Shown: positions 1 to 13,300 of the stretch, piece after piece
Position numbering within the stretch: the stretch's first letter is position 1
Layout: every line of letters starts with the position of its first letter
Assembly (NCBI GenBank): GCA_964016885.1
Contig: OZ024762.1
Location: 30,194,001 to 30,258,000 of the forward strand
From: Eledone cirrhosa
Lineage: Eukaryota
Direction of reading: 5' to 3'
DNA length: 64,000 bases
Program-made: the position numbers and the translations under genes
The notes under the pieces: generated by a model
Told to the model about the DNA's origin: nothing
Database searches by the model: none
What the model saw: the letters and a program-made list of their open reading frames with translations, nothing else

Positions 1-3000
1 GAAGTAACTCCAATGTTGGTGAGAATTCATTTAAGTCATGGTACAAGCTGTCAGAAGTAACTCCACTGTTGGTGAGAATTCATTTAAGTTCATGGTATTA
101 GCTGTCAGAAGGAACTCCACTGTTGGTGAGAATTCATTTAAGTTCATGGTATTAGCTGTCAGAAGTCACTCCACTGTTGGTGAGAATTCATTTAAGTTCA
201 TGGTACTAGCTGTCAGAAGTAACTCCAATGTTGGTGAGAATTCATGTAAGTTCATGGTATTAGCTGTCAGAAGTAACTCCACTGTTGGTGAGAATTCATT
301 TAAGTTCATGGTATTAGCTGTCAGAAGTAACTCCAATGTTGGTGAGAATTCATTTAAGTCATGGTACTAGCTGTCAGAAGTAACTCCACTGTTGGTGAGA
401 ATTCATTTAAGTTCATGGTATTAGCTGTCAGAAGGAACTCCACTGTTGGTGAGAATTCATTTAAGTTCATGGTATTAGCTGTCAGAAGTGTCTCCACTGT
501 TGGTGAGAATTCATTTAAGTTCATGGTACGAGCTGTCAGAAGTAACTCCAATGTTGGTGAGAATTCATGTAAGTTCATGGTATTAGCTGTCAGAAGTAAC
601 TCCACTGTTGGTGAGAATTCATTTAAGTTCATGGTATTAGCTGTCAGAAGTAACTCCACTGTTGGTGAGAATTCATTTAAGTTCATGGTACTAGCTGTCA
701 GAAGTAACTCCACTGTTGGTGAGAATTCATTTAAGTTCATGGTATTAGCTGTCAGAAGTAACTCCACTGTTGGTGAGAATTCATTTAAGTCATGGTATTA
801 GCTATCAGAAGTAACTCCATTGTTGGTGAGAATTCATTTAAGTCATGGTACTAGCTGTCAGAAGTAACTCCACTGTTGGTGAGAATTCATTTAAGTTCAT
901 GGTACTAGCTGTCAGAAGTAACTCCACTGTTGGTGAGAATTCATTTAATTTCATGGTACTAGCTGTCAGAAGTAACTCCACTGTTGGTGAGAATTCATTT
1001 AAGTTCATGGTACTAGCTGTCAGAAGTAACTCCACTGTTGGTGAGAATTCATTTAAGTTCATGGTACTAGCTGTCAGAAGTAACTCCAATGTTGGTGAGA
1101 ATTCATTTAAGTTCATGGTATTAGCTGTCAGAAGTAACTCCACTGTTGGTGAGAATTCATTTAAGTTCATGGTACTAGCTGTCAGAAGTAACTCCACTGT
1201 TGGTGAGAATTCATTTAAGTTCATGGTATTAGCTGTCAGAAGTAACTCCACTGTTGGTGAGAATTCATTTAAGTTCATGGTACTAGGTGTCAGAAGTAAC
1301 CCCAATGTTGGTGACAATTCATTTAAGTTCATGGTATTAGCTGTCAGAAGTCACTCCACTGTTGGTGAGAATTCATTGAAGTTCATGGTATTAGCTGTCA
1401 GAAGTCACTCCACTGCTGGTGAGAATTCATTTAAGTTCATGGTACTAGCTGTCAGAAGTAACCCCAATGTTGGTGAGAATTCATTTAAGTTCATGGTATT
1501 AGCTGTCAGAAGTCACTCCAATGTTGGTGAGAATTCATTTAAGTTCATGGTATTAGCTGTCAGAAGTAACTCCACTGTTGGTGAGAATTCATTTAAGTTC
1601 ATGGTATTAGCTGTCAGAAGTAACTCCACTGTTGGTGAGAATTCATTTAAGTCATGGTACTAGCTGTCAGAAGTAACTCCACTGTTGGTGAGAATTCATT
1701 TAAGTTCATGGTATTAGCTGTCAGAAGGAACTCCACTGTTGGTGAGAATTCATTTAAGTTCATGGTACTAGCTGTCAGAAGTAACTCAAATGTTGGTGAG
1801 AATTCATTTAAGTTCATGGTATTAGCTGTCAGAAGTGTCTCCACTGTTGGTGAGAATTCATTTAAGTTCATGGTACGAGCTGTCAGAAGTAACTCCACTG
1901 TTGGTGAGAATTCATTTAAGTTCATGGTATTAGCTGTCAGAAGTAACTCCACTGTTGGTGAGAATTCATTTAAGTTCATGGTATTAGCTGTCAGAAGTAA
2001 CTCCACTGTTGGTGAGAATTCATTTAAGTTCATGGTACTAGCTGTCAGAAGTAACTCCACTGTTGGTGAGAATTCATTTAAGTTCATGGTACTAGCTGTC
2101 AGAAGTAACTCCACTGTTGGTGAGAATTCAGTTAAGTTCATGGTACTAGCTGTCAGAAGTAACTCCACTGTTGGTGAGAATTCAGTTAAGTTCATGGTAT
2201 TAGCTGTCAGAAGGAACTCCACTGTTGGTGAGAATTCATTTAAGTTCATGGTACTAGGTGTCAGAAGTAACCCCAATGTTGGTGACAATTCATTTAAGTT
2301 CATGGTATTAGCTGTCAGAAGTCACTCCACTGTTGGTGAGAATTCATTTAAGTTCATGGTATTAGCTGTCAGAAGTCACTCCACTGTTGGTGAGAATTCA
2401 TTTAAGTTCATGGTACTAGCTGTCAGAAGTAACCCCAATGTTGGTGAGAATTCATTTAAGTTCATGGTATTAGCTGTCAGAAGTCACTCCAATGTTGGTG
2501 AGAATTCATTTAAGTTCATGGTATTAGCTGTCAGAAGTAACTCCACTGTTGGTGAGAATTCATTTAAGTTCATGGTATTAGCTGTCAGAAGTAACTCCAC
2601 TGTTGGTGAGAATTCATTTAAGTTCATGGTATTAGCTGTCAGAAGTAACTCCACTGTTGGTGAGAATTCATTTAAGTTCATGGTATTAGCTGTCAGAAGT
2701 AACTCCACTGTTGGTGAGAATTCATTTAAGTTCATGGTATTAGCTGTCAGAAGGAACTCCAATGTTGGTGAGAATTCATTTAAGTTCATGGTATTAGCTG
2801 TCAGAAGGAACGCCACTGTTGGTGAGAATTCATTTAAGTCATGGTATCAGCTGTCAGAAGTAACTCCATTGTTGGTGAGAATTCATTTAAGTCATGGTAC
2901 TAGCTGTCAGAAGTAACTCCACTGTTGGTGAGAATTCATTTAAGTCATGGTATTAGCTGTCAGAAGGAACTCCACTGTTGGTGAGAATTCATTTAAGTCA

Positions 3001-4021
3001 TGATACTAGCTGTCAGAAGGAACTCCACTGTTGGTGAGAATTCATTTAAGTTCATGGTACTAGCTGTCAGAAGTAACTCGACTGTTGGTGAGAATTCATT
3101 TAAGTTCATGGTACTAGCTGTCAGAAGTAACTCCACTGTTGGTGAGAATTCAGTTAAGTTCATGGTACTAGCTGTCAGAAGTAACTCCACTGTTGGTGAG
3201 AATTCAGTTAAGTTCATGGTATTAGCTGTCAGAAGGAACTCCACTGTTGGTGAGAATTCATTTAAGTTCATGGTATTAGCTGTCAGAAGTAACTCCACTG
3301 TTGGTGAGAATTCATTTAAGTTCATGGTACTAGCTGTCAGAAGTAACTCCACTGTTGGTGAGAATTCATTTAAGTTCATGGTACTAGCTGTCAGAAGTAA
3401 CTCCACTGTTGGTGAGAATTCAGTTAAGTTCATGGTATTAGTTGTCAGAAGTAACTCAAATGTTGGGGAGAATTCATTTAAATCATGGTATTAGTTGTCA
3501 GAAGTAACTGCAACGTTGGTGAGAATTCATTTAATTTCATGGTACTAGCTGTCAGAAGTAACTCCACTGTTGGTGAAAATTCATTTAAGTTCATGGTATT
3601 AGCTGTCAGAAGTAACTCCACTGTTGGTGAGAATTCATTTAAGTCATGGTATTAGCTGTCAGAAGTAACTCCATTGTTGGTGAGAATTCATTTAAGTCAT
3701 GGTACTAGCTGTCAGAAGTAACTCCACTGTTGGTGAGAATTCATTTAAGTTCATGGTATTAGCTGTCAGAAGGAACTCCACTGTTGGTGAGAATTCATTT
3801 AAGTTCATGGTATTAGCTGTCAGAAGTAACTCCACTGTTGGTGAGAATTCATTTAAGTTCATGGTACTAGCTGTCAGAAGTAACTCCACTGTTGGTGAGA
3901 ATTCATTTAAGTTCATGGTACTAGCTGTCAGAAGGAACTCCACTGTTGGTGAGAATTCATTTAAGTTCATGGTATTAGCTGTCAGAAGTAACTCCAATGT
4001 TGGTGAGAATTCATTTAAGTC

Positions 4022-4640
4022 ATGGTACTAGCTGTCAGAAGTAACTCCACTGTTGGTGAGAATTCATTTAAGTTCATGGTATTAGCTGTCAGAAGGAACT
4101 CCACTGTTGGTGAGAATTCATTTAAGTTCATGGTATTAGCTGTCAGAAGTGTCTCCACTGTTGGTGAGAATTCATTTAAGTTCATGGTACTAGCTGTCAG
4201 AAGTAACTCCAATGTTGGTGAGAATTCATGTAAGTTCATGGTATTAGCTGTCAGAAGTAACTCCACTGTTGGTGAGAATTCATTTAAGTTCATGGTGTTA
4301 GCTGTCAGAAGTAACTCCAATGTTGGTGAGAATTCATTTAAGTCATGGTACTAGCTGTCAGAAGTAACTCCACTGTTGGTGAAAATTCATTTAAGTTCAT
4401 GGTATTAGCTGTCAGAAGGAACTCCACTGTTGGTGAGAATTCATTTAAGTTCATGGTATTAGCTGTCAGAAGTGTCTCCACTGTTGGTGAGAATTCATTT
4501 AAGTTCATGGTACTAGCTGTCAGAAGTAACTCCAATGTTGGTGAGAATTCATGTAAGTTCATGGTATTAGCTGTCAGAAGTAACTCCACTGTTGGTGAGA
4601 ATTCATTTAAGTTCATGGTATTAGCTGTCAGAAGTAACTC
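4022..4640. repeat. 323-bp (6-monomer) tandem duplication
   Basis: The same variant order (ACT, AGG, AGTGTC, AAT+TGTAAG, ACT) starts at 4022 and again at 4345, offset 323 = 6x54-1. Confidence 0.8.
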
Positions 4641-5899
4641 CACTGTTGGTGAGAATTCATTTAAGTTCATGGTACTAGCTGTCAGAAGTAACTCCACTGT
4701 TGGTGAGAATTCATTTAAGTTCATGGTACTAGCTGTCAGAAGTAACTCCACTGTTGGTGAGAATTCAGTTAAGTTCATGGTATTAGTTGTCAGAAGTAAC
4801 TCAAATGTTGGGGAGAATTCATTTAAATCATGGTATTAGTTGTCAGAAGTAACTGCAACGTTGGTGAGAATTCATTTAAGTTCATGGTACTAGCTGTCAG
4901 AAGTAACTCCACTGTTGGTGAAAATTCATTTAAGTTCATGGTATTAGCTGTCAGAAGTAACTCCACTGTTGGTGAGAATTCATTTAAGTCATGGTATTAG
5001 CTGTCAGAAGTAACTCCATTGTTGGTGAGAATTCATTTAAGTCATGGTACTAGCTGTCAGAAGTAACTCCACTGTTGGTGAGAATTCATTTAAGTTCATG
5101 GTATTAGCTGTCAGAAGGAACTCCACTGTTGGTGAGAATTCATTTAAGTTCATGGTATTAGCTGTCAGAAGTAACTCCATTGTTGGTGAGAATTCGTTTA
5201 AGTCATGGTACTAGCTGTCAGAAGTAACTCCACTGTTGGTGAGAATTCATTTAAGTTCTTGGTATTAGCTGTCAGAAGGAACTCCACTGTTGGTGAGAAT
5301 TCATTTAAGTTCATGGTATTAGCTGTCAGAAGTAACTCCACTGTTGGTGAGAATTCATTTAAGTTCATGGTACTAGCTGTCAGAAGTAACTCCACTGTTG
5401 GTGAGAATTCATTTAAGTTCATGGTACTAGCTGTCAGAAGGAACTCCACTGTTGGTGAGAATTCATTTAAGTTCATGGTATTAGCTGTCAGAAGTAACTC
5501 CAATGTTGGTGAGAATTCATTTAAGTCATGGTACTAGCTGTCAGAAGTAACTCCACTGTTGGTGAGAATTCATTTAAGTTCATGGTATTAGCTGTCAGAA
5601 GGAACTCCACTGTTGGTGAGAATTCATTTAAGTTCATGGTATTAGCTGTCAGAAGTGTCTCCACTGTTGGTGAGAATTCATTTAAGTTCATGGTACTAGC
5701 TGTCAGAAGTAACTCCAATGTTGGTGAGAATTCATGTAAGTTCATGGTATTAGCTGTCAGAAGTAACTCCACTGTTGGTGAGAATTCATTTAAGTCATGG
5801 TATTAGCTGTCAGAAGTAACTCCATTGTTGGTGAGAATTCATTTAAGTCATGGTACTAGCTGTCAGAAGTAACTCCACTGTTGGTGAGAATTCATTTAA

Positions 5900-8800
5900 G
5901 TTCATGGTATTAGCTGTCAGAAGGAACTCCACTGTTGGTGAGAATTCATTTAAGTCATGGTACTAGCTGTCAGAAGTAACTCCAATGTTGGTGAGAATTC
6001 ATTTAAGTTCATGGTATTAGCTGTCAGAAGGAACTCCACTGTTGGTGAGAATTCATTTAAGTTCATGGTATTAGCTGTCAGAAGTAACTCCACTGTTGGT
6101 GAGAATTCATTTAAGTCATGGTATTAGCTGTCAGAAGTAACTCCAATGTTGGTGAGAATTCATTTAAGTCATGGTACTAGCTGTCAGAAGTAACTCCAAT
6201 GTTGGTGAGAATTCATTTAAGTTCATGTTATTAGCTGTCAGAAGGAACTCCACTGTTGGTGAGAATTCATTTAAGTTCATGGTATTAGCTGTCAGAAGTA
6301 ACTCCACTGTTGGTGAGAATTCATTTAAGTTCATGGTACTAGCTGTCAGAAGTAACTCCAACGTTGGTGAGAATTCATTTAAGTTCATGGTACTAGCTGT
6401 CAGAAGTAACTCCACTGTTGGTGAAAATTCATTTAAGTTCATGGTATTAGCTGTCAGAAGTAACTCCACTGTTGGTGAGAATTCATTTAAGTCATGGTAT
6501 TAGCTGTCAGAAGTAACTCCATTGTTGGTGAGAATTCATTTAAGTCATGGTACTAGCTGTCAGAAGTAACTCCACTGTTGGTGAGAATTCATTTAAGTTC
6601 ATGGTATTAGCTGTCAGAAGGAACTCCACTGTTGGTGAGAATTCATTTAAGTTCATGGTATTAGCTGTCAGAAGTAACTACACTGTTGGTGAGAATTCAT
6701 TTAAGTTCATGGTACTAGCTGTCAGAAGTAACTCCACTGTTGGTGAGAATTCATTTAAGTTCATGGTACTAGCTGTCAGAAGGAACTCCACTGTTGGTGA
6801 GAATTCATTTAAGTTCATGGTATTAGCTGTCAGAAGTAACTCCAATGTTGGTAAGAATTCATTTATGTCATGGTACTAGCTGTCAGAAGTAACTCCACTG
6901 TTGGTGAGAATTCATTTAAGTTCATGGTATTAGCTGTCAGAAGGAACTCCACTGTTGGTGAGAATTCATTTAAGTTCATGGTATTAGCTGTCAGAAGTGT
7001 CTCCACTGTTGGTGAGAATTCATTTAAGTTCATGGTACTAGCTGTCAGAAGTAACTCCAATGTTGGTGAGAATTCATGTAAGTTCATGGTATTAGCTGTC
7101 AGAAGTAACTCCACTGTTGGTGAGAATTCACTTAAGTTCATGGTATTAGCTGTCAGAAGTAACTCCACTGTTGGTGAGAATTCATTTAAGTTCATGGTAC
7201 TAGCTGTCAGAAGTAACTCCACTGTTGGTGAGAATTCATTTAAGTTCATGGTATTAGCTGTCAGAAGTAACTCCACTGTTGGTGAGAATTCATTTAAGTC
7301 ATGGTATTAGCTATCAGAAGTAACTCCACTGTTGGTGAGAATTCATTTAAGTTCATGGTACTAGCTGTCAGAAGGAACTCCACTGTTGGTGAGAATTCAT
7401 TTAAGTTCATGGTATTAGCTGTCAGAAGGAACTCCACTGTTGGTGAGAATTCATTTAAGTCATGGTACTAGCTGTCAGAAGTAACTCCAATGTTGGTGAG
7501 AATTCATTTAAGTTCATGGTATTAGCTGTCAGAAGGAACTCCACTGTTGGTGAGAATTCATTTAAGTTCATGGTATTAGCTGTCAGAAGTAACTCCACTG
7601 TTGGTGAGAATTCATTTAAGTCATGGTATTAGCTGTCAGAAGTAACTCCAATGTTGGTGAGAATTCATTTAAGTCATGGTACTAGCTGTCAGAAGTAACT
7701 CCAATGTTGGTGAGAATTCATTTAAGTTCATGTTATTAGCTGTCAGAAGGAACTCCACTGTTGGTGAGAATTCATTTAAGTTCATGGTATTAGCTGTCAG
7801 AAGTAACTCCACTGTTGGTGAGAATTCATTTAAGTTCATGGTACTAGCTGTCAGAAGTAACTCCAACGTTGGTGAGAATTCATTTAAGTTCATGGTACTA
7901 GCTGTCAGAAGTAACTCCACTGTTGGTGAAAATTCATTTAAGTTCATGGTATTAGCTGTCAGAAGTAACTCCACTGTTGGTGAGAATTCATTTAAGTCAT
8001 GGTATTAGCTGTCAGAAGTAACTCCATTGTTGGTGAGAATTCATTTAAGTCATGGTACTAGCTGTCAGAAGGAACTCCACTGTTGGTGAGAATTCATTTA
8101 AGTTCATGGTATTAGCTGTCAGAAGGAACTCCACTGTTGGTGAGAATTCATTTAAGTTCATGGTATTAGCTGTCAGAAGTAACTCCACTGTTGGTGAGAA
8201 TTCATTTAAGTTCATGGTACTAGCTGTCAGAAGTAACTCCACTGTTGGTGAGAATTCATTTAAGTTCATGGTACTAGCTGTCAGAAGGAACTCCACTGTT
8301 GGTGAGAATTCATTTAAGTTCATGGTATTAGCTGTCAGAAGTAACTCCAATGTTGGTAAGAATTCATTTATGTCATGGTACTAGCTGTCAGAAGTAACTC
8401 CACTGTTGGTGAGAATTCATTTAAGTTCATGGTATTAGCTGTCAGAAGGAACTCCACTGTTGGTGAGAATTCATTTAAGTTCATGGTATTAGCTGTCAGA
8501 AGTGTCTCCACTGTTGGTGAGAATTCATTTAAGTTCATGGTACTAGCTGTCAGAAGTAACTCCAATGTTGGTGAGAATTCATGTAAGTTCATGGTATTAG
8601 CTGTCAGAAGTAACTCCACTGTTGGTGAGAATTCATTTAAGTCATGGTATTAGCTATCAGAAGTAACTCCATTGTTGGTGAGAATTCATTTAAGTCATGG
8701 TACTAGCTGTCAGAAGTAACTCCACTGTTGGTGAGAATTCATTTAAGTTCATGGTACTAGCTGTCAGAAGTAACTCCACTGTTGGTGAGAATTCATTTAA

Positions 8801-10300
8801 GTTCATGGTACTAGCTGTCAGAAGGAACTCCACTGTTGGTGAGAATTCATTTAAGTTCATGGTATTAGCTGTCAGAAGGAACTCCACTGTTGGTGAGAAT
8901 TCATTTAAGTCATGGTACTAGCTGTCAGAAGTAACTCCAATGTTGGTGAGAATTCATTTAAGTTCATGGTATTAGCTGTCAGAAGGAACTCCACTGTTGG
9001 TGAGAATTCATTTAAGTTCATGGTATTAGCTGTCAGAAGTAACTCCACTGTTGGTGAGAATTCATTTAAGTCATGGTATTAGCTGTCAGAAGTAACTCCA
9101 ATGTTGGTGAGAATTCATTTAAGTCATGGTACTAGCTGTCAGAAGTAACTCCAATGTTGGTGAGAATTCATTTAAGTTCATGTTATTAGCTGTCAGAAGG
9201 AACTCCACTGTTGGTGAGAATTCATTTAAGTTCATGGTATTAGCTGTCAGAAGTAACTCCACTGTTGGTGAGAATTCATTTAAGTTCATGGTACTAGCTG
9301 TCAGAAGTAACTCCAACGTTGGTGAGAATTCATTTAAGTTCATGGTACTAGCTGTCAGAAGTAACTCCACTGTTGGTGAAAATTAATTTAAGTTCATGGT
9401 ATTAGCTGTCAGAAGTAACTCCACTGTTGGTGAGAATTCATTTAAGTCATGGTATTAGCTGTCAGAAGTAACTCCATTGTTGGTGAGAATTCATTTAAGT
9501 CATGGTACTAGCTGTCAGAAGTAACTCCACTGTTGGTGAGAATTCATTTAAGTTCATGGTATTAGCTGTCAGAAGGAACTCCACTGTTGGTGAGAATTCA
9601 TTTAAGTTCATGGTATTAGCTGTCAGAAGTAACTCCACTGTTGGTGAGAATTCATTTAAGTTCATGGTACTAGCTGTCAGAAGTAACTCCACTGTTGGTG
9701 AGAATTCATTTAAGTTCATGGTACTAGCTGTCAGAAGGAACTCCACTGTTGGTGAGAATTCATTTAAGTTCATGGTATTAGCTGTCAGAAGTAACTCCAA
9801 TGTTGGTAAGAATTCATTTATGTCATGGTACTAGCTGTCAGAAGTAACTCCACTGTTGGTGAGAATTCATTTAAGTTCATGGTATTAGCTGTCAGAAGGA
9901 ACTCCACTGTTGGTGAGAATTCATTTAAGTTCATGGTATTAGCTGTCAGAAGTGTCTCCACTGTTGGTGAGAATTCATTTAAGTTCATGGTACTAGCTGT
10001 CAGAAGTAACTCCAATGTTGGTGAGAATTCATGTAAGTTCATGGTATTAGCTGTCAGAAGTAACTCCACTGTTGGTGAGAATTCACTTAAGTTCATGGTA
10101 TTAGCTGTCAGAAGTAACTCCACTGTTGGTGAGAATTCATTTAAGTTCATGGTACTAGCTGTCAGAAGTAACTCCACTGTTGGTGAGAATTCATTTAAGT
10201 TCATGGTATTAGCTGTCAGAAGTAACTCCACTGTTGGTGAGAATTCATTTAAGTCATGGTATTAGCTAACAGAAGTAACTCCATTGTTGGTGAGAATTCA
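5900..10300. repeat. Three related ~1.45-1.5-kb higher-order units (28- and 27-monomer)
   Basis: Equivalent blocks start at 6171/7676/9126, 6547/8052/9502 and 6870/8375/9825 (offsets 1505, then 1450). Each unit carries ATGTTA, CCAACG, GGTGAAAAT and GGTAAG..TTTATG in the same order. Confidence 0.85.
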
Positions 10301-13300
10301 TTTAAGTCATGGTATTAGCTGTCAGAAGTAACTCCACTATTGGTGAGAATTCATTTAAGTTCATGGTACTAGCTGTCAGAAGTAACTCCACTGTTGGTGA
10401 GAATTCATTTAAGTTCATGGTACTAGCTGTCAGAAGGAACTCCACTGTTGGTGAGAATTCATTTAAGTTCATGGTATTAGCTGTCAGAAGTAACTCCAAT
10501 GTTGGTGAGAATTCATTTAAGTCATGGTACTAGCTGTCAGAAGTAACTCCACTGTTGGTGAGAATTCATTTAAGTTCATGGTATTAGCTGTCAGAAGGAA
10601 CTCCACTGTTGGTGAGAATTCATTTAAGTTCATGGTATTAGCTGTCAGAAGTGTCTCCACTGTTGGTGAGAATTCATTTAAGTTCATGGTACTAGCTGTC
10701 AGAAGTAACACCAATGTTGGTGAGAATTCATGTAAGTTCATGGTATTAGCTGTCAGAAGTAACTCCACTGTTGGTGAGAATTCATTTAAGTTCATGGTAT
10801 TAGCTGTCAGAAGTAACTCCACTGTTGGTGAGAATTCATTTAAGTTCATGGTACTAGCTGTCACAAGTAACTCCACTGTTGGTGAGAATTCATTTAAGTT
10901 CATGGTATTAGCTGTCAGAAGTAACTCCACTGTTGGTGAGAATTCATTTAAGTCATGGTATTAGCTATCAGAAGTAACTCCATTGTTGGTGAGAATTCAT
11001 TTAAGTCATGGTACTAGCTGTCAGAAGTAACTCCACTGTTGGTGAGAATTCATTTAAGTTCATGGTACTAGCTGTCAGAAGTAACTCCACTGTTGGTGAG
11101 AATTCATTTAAGTTCATGGTACTAGCTGTCAGAAGTAACTCCACTGTTGGTGAGAATTCATTTACGTTCATGGTACTAGCTGTCAGAAGTAACTCCACTG
11201 TTGGTGAGAATTCATTTAAGTTCATGGTACTAGCTGTCAGAAGTAACTCCAATGTTGGTGAGAATTCATTTAAGTTCATGGTATTAGCTGTCAGAAGTAA
11301 CTCCACTGTTGGTGAGAATTCATTTAGGTTCATGGTACTAGCTGTCAGAAGTAACTCCACTGTTGGTGAGAATTCATTTAAGTTCATGGTATTAGCTGTC
11401 AGAAGGAACTCCACTGTTGGTGAGAATTCATTTAAGTTCATGGTATTAGCTGTCAGAAGTAACTCCACTGTTGGTGAGAATTCATTTAAGTTCATGGTAC
11501 TAGCTGTCAGAAGTAACTCCAACGTTGGTGAGAATTCATTTAAGTTCATGGTACTAGCTGTCAGAAGTAACTCCACTGTTGGTGAAAATTAATTTAAGTT
11601 CATGGTATTAGCTGTCAGAAGTAACTCCACTGTTGGTGAGAATTCATTTAAGTCATGGTATTAGCTGTCAGAAGTAACTCCATTGTTGGTGAGAATTCAT
11701 TTAAGTCATGGTACTAGCTGTCAGAAGTAACTCCACTGTTGGTGAGAATTCATTTAAGTTCATGGTATTAGCTGTCAGAAGGAACTCCACTGTTGGTGAG
11801 AATTCATTTAAGTTCATGGTATTAGCTGTCAGAAGTAACTCCACTGTTGGTGAGAATTCATTTAAGTTCATGGTACTAGCTGTCAGAAGTAACTCCACTG
11901 TTGGTGAGAATTCATTTAAGTTCATGGTACTAGCTGTCAGAAGGAACTCCACTGTTGGTGAGAATTCATTTAAGTTCATGGTATTAGCTGTCAGAAGTAA
12001 CTCCAATGTTGGTAAGAATTCATTTATGTCATGGTACTAGCTGTCAGAAGTAACTCCACTGTTGGTGAGAATTCATTTAAGTTCATGGTATTAGCTGTCA
12101 GAAGGAACTCCACTGTTGGTGAGAATTCATTTAAGTTCATGGTATTAGCTGTCAGAAGTGTCTCCACTGTTGGTGAGAATTCATTTAAGTTCATGGTACT
12201 AGCTGTCAGAAGTAACTCCAATGTTGGTGAGAATTCATGTAAGTTCATGGTATTAGCTGTCAGAAGTAACTCCACTGTTGGTGAGAATTCACTTAAGTTC
12301 ATGGTATTAGCTGTCAGAAGTAACTCCACTGTTGGTGAGAATTCATTTAAGTTCATGGTACTAGCTGTCAGAAGTAACTCCACTGTTGGTGAGAATTCAT
12401 TTAAGTTCATGGTATTAGCTGTCAGAAGTAACTCCACTGTTGGTGAGAATTCATTTAAGTCATGGTATTAGCTAACAGAAGTAACTCCATTGTTGGTGAG
12501 AATTCATTTAAGTCATGGTATTAGCTGTCAGAAGTAACTCCACTATTGGTGAGAATTCATTTAAGTTCATGGTACTAGCTGTCAGAAGTAACTCCACTGT
12601 TGGTGAGAATTCATTTAAGTTCATGGTACTAGCTGTCAGAAGGAACTCCACTGTTGGTGAGAATTCATTTAAGTTCATGGTATTAGCTGTCAGAAGTAAC
12701 TCCAATGTTGGTGAGAATTCATTTAAGTCATGGTACTAGCTGTCAGAAGTAACTCCACTGTTGGTGAGAATTCATTTAAGTTCATGGTATTAGCTGTCAG
12801 AAGGAACTCCACTGTTGGTGAGAATTCATTTAAGTTCATGGTATTAGCTGTCAGAAGTGTCTCCACTGTTGGTGAGAATTCATTTAAGTTCATGGTACTA
12901 GCTGTCAGAAGTAACACCAATGTTGGTGAGAATTCATGTAAGTTCATGGTATTAGCTGTCAGAAGTAACTCCACTGTTGGTGAGAATTCATTTAAGTTCA
13001 TGGTATTAGCTGTCAGAAGTAACTCCACTGTTGGTGAGAATTCATTTAAGTTCATGGTACTAGCTGTCACAAGTAACTCCACTGTTGGTGAGAATTCATT
13101 TAAGTTCATGGTATTAGCTGTCAGAAGTAACTCCACTGTTGGTGAGAATTCATTTAAGTCATGGTATTAGCTATCAGAAGTAACTCCATTGTTGGTGAGA
13201 ATTCATTTAAGTCATGGTACTAGCTGTCAGAAGTAACTCCACTGTTGGTGAGAATTCATTTAAGTTCATGGTACTAGCTGTCAGAAGTAACTCCACTGTT

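Noticed and set aside
226-230. CCAAT boxes in AAT-type monomers as promoter elements
   Set aside because: This is a 5-bp match created by one SNP in a satellite, with no associated gene.
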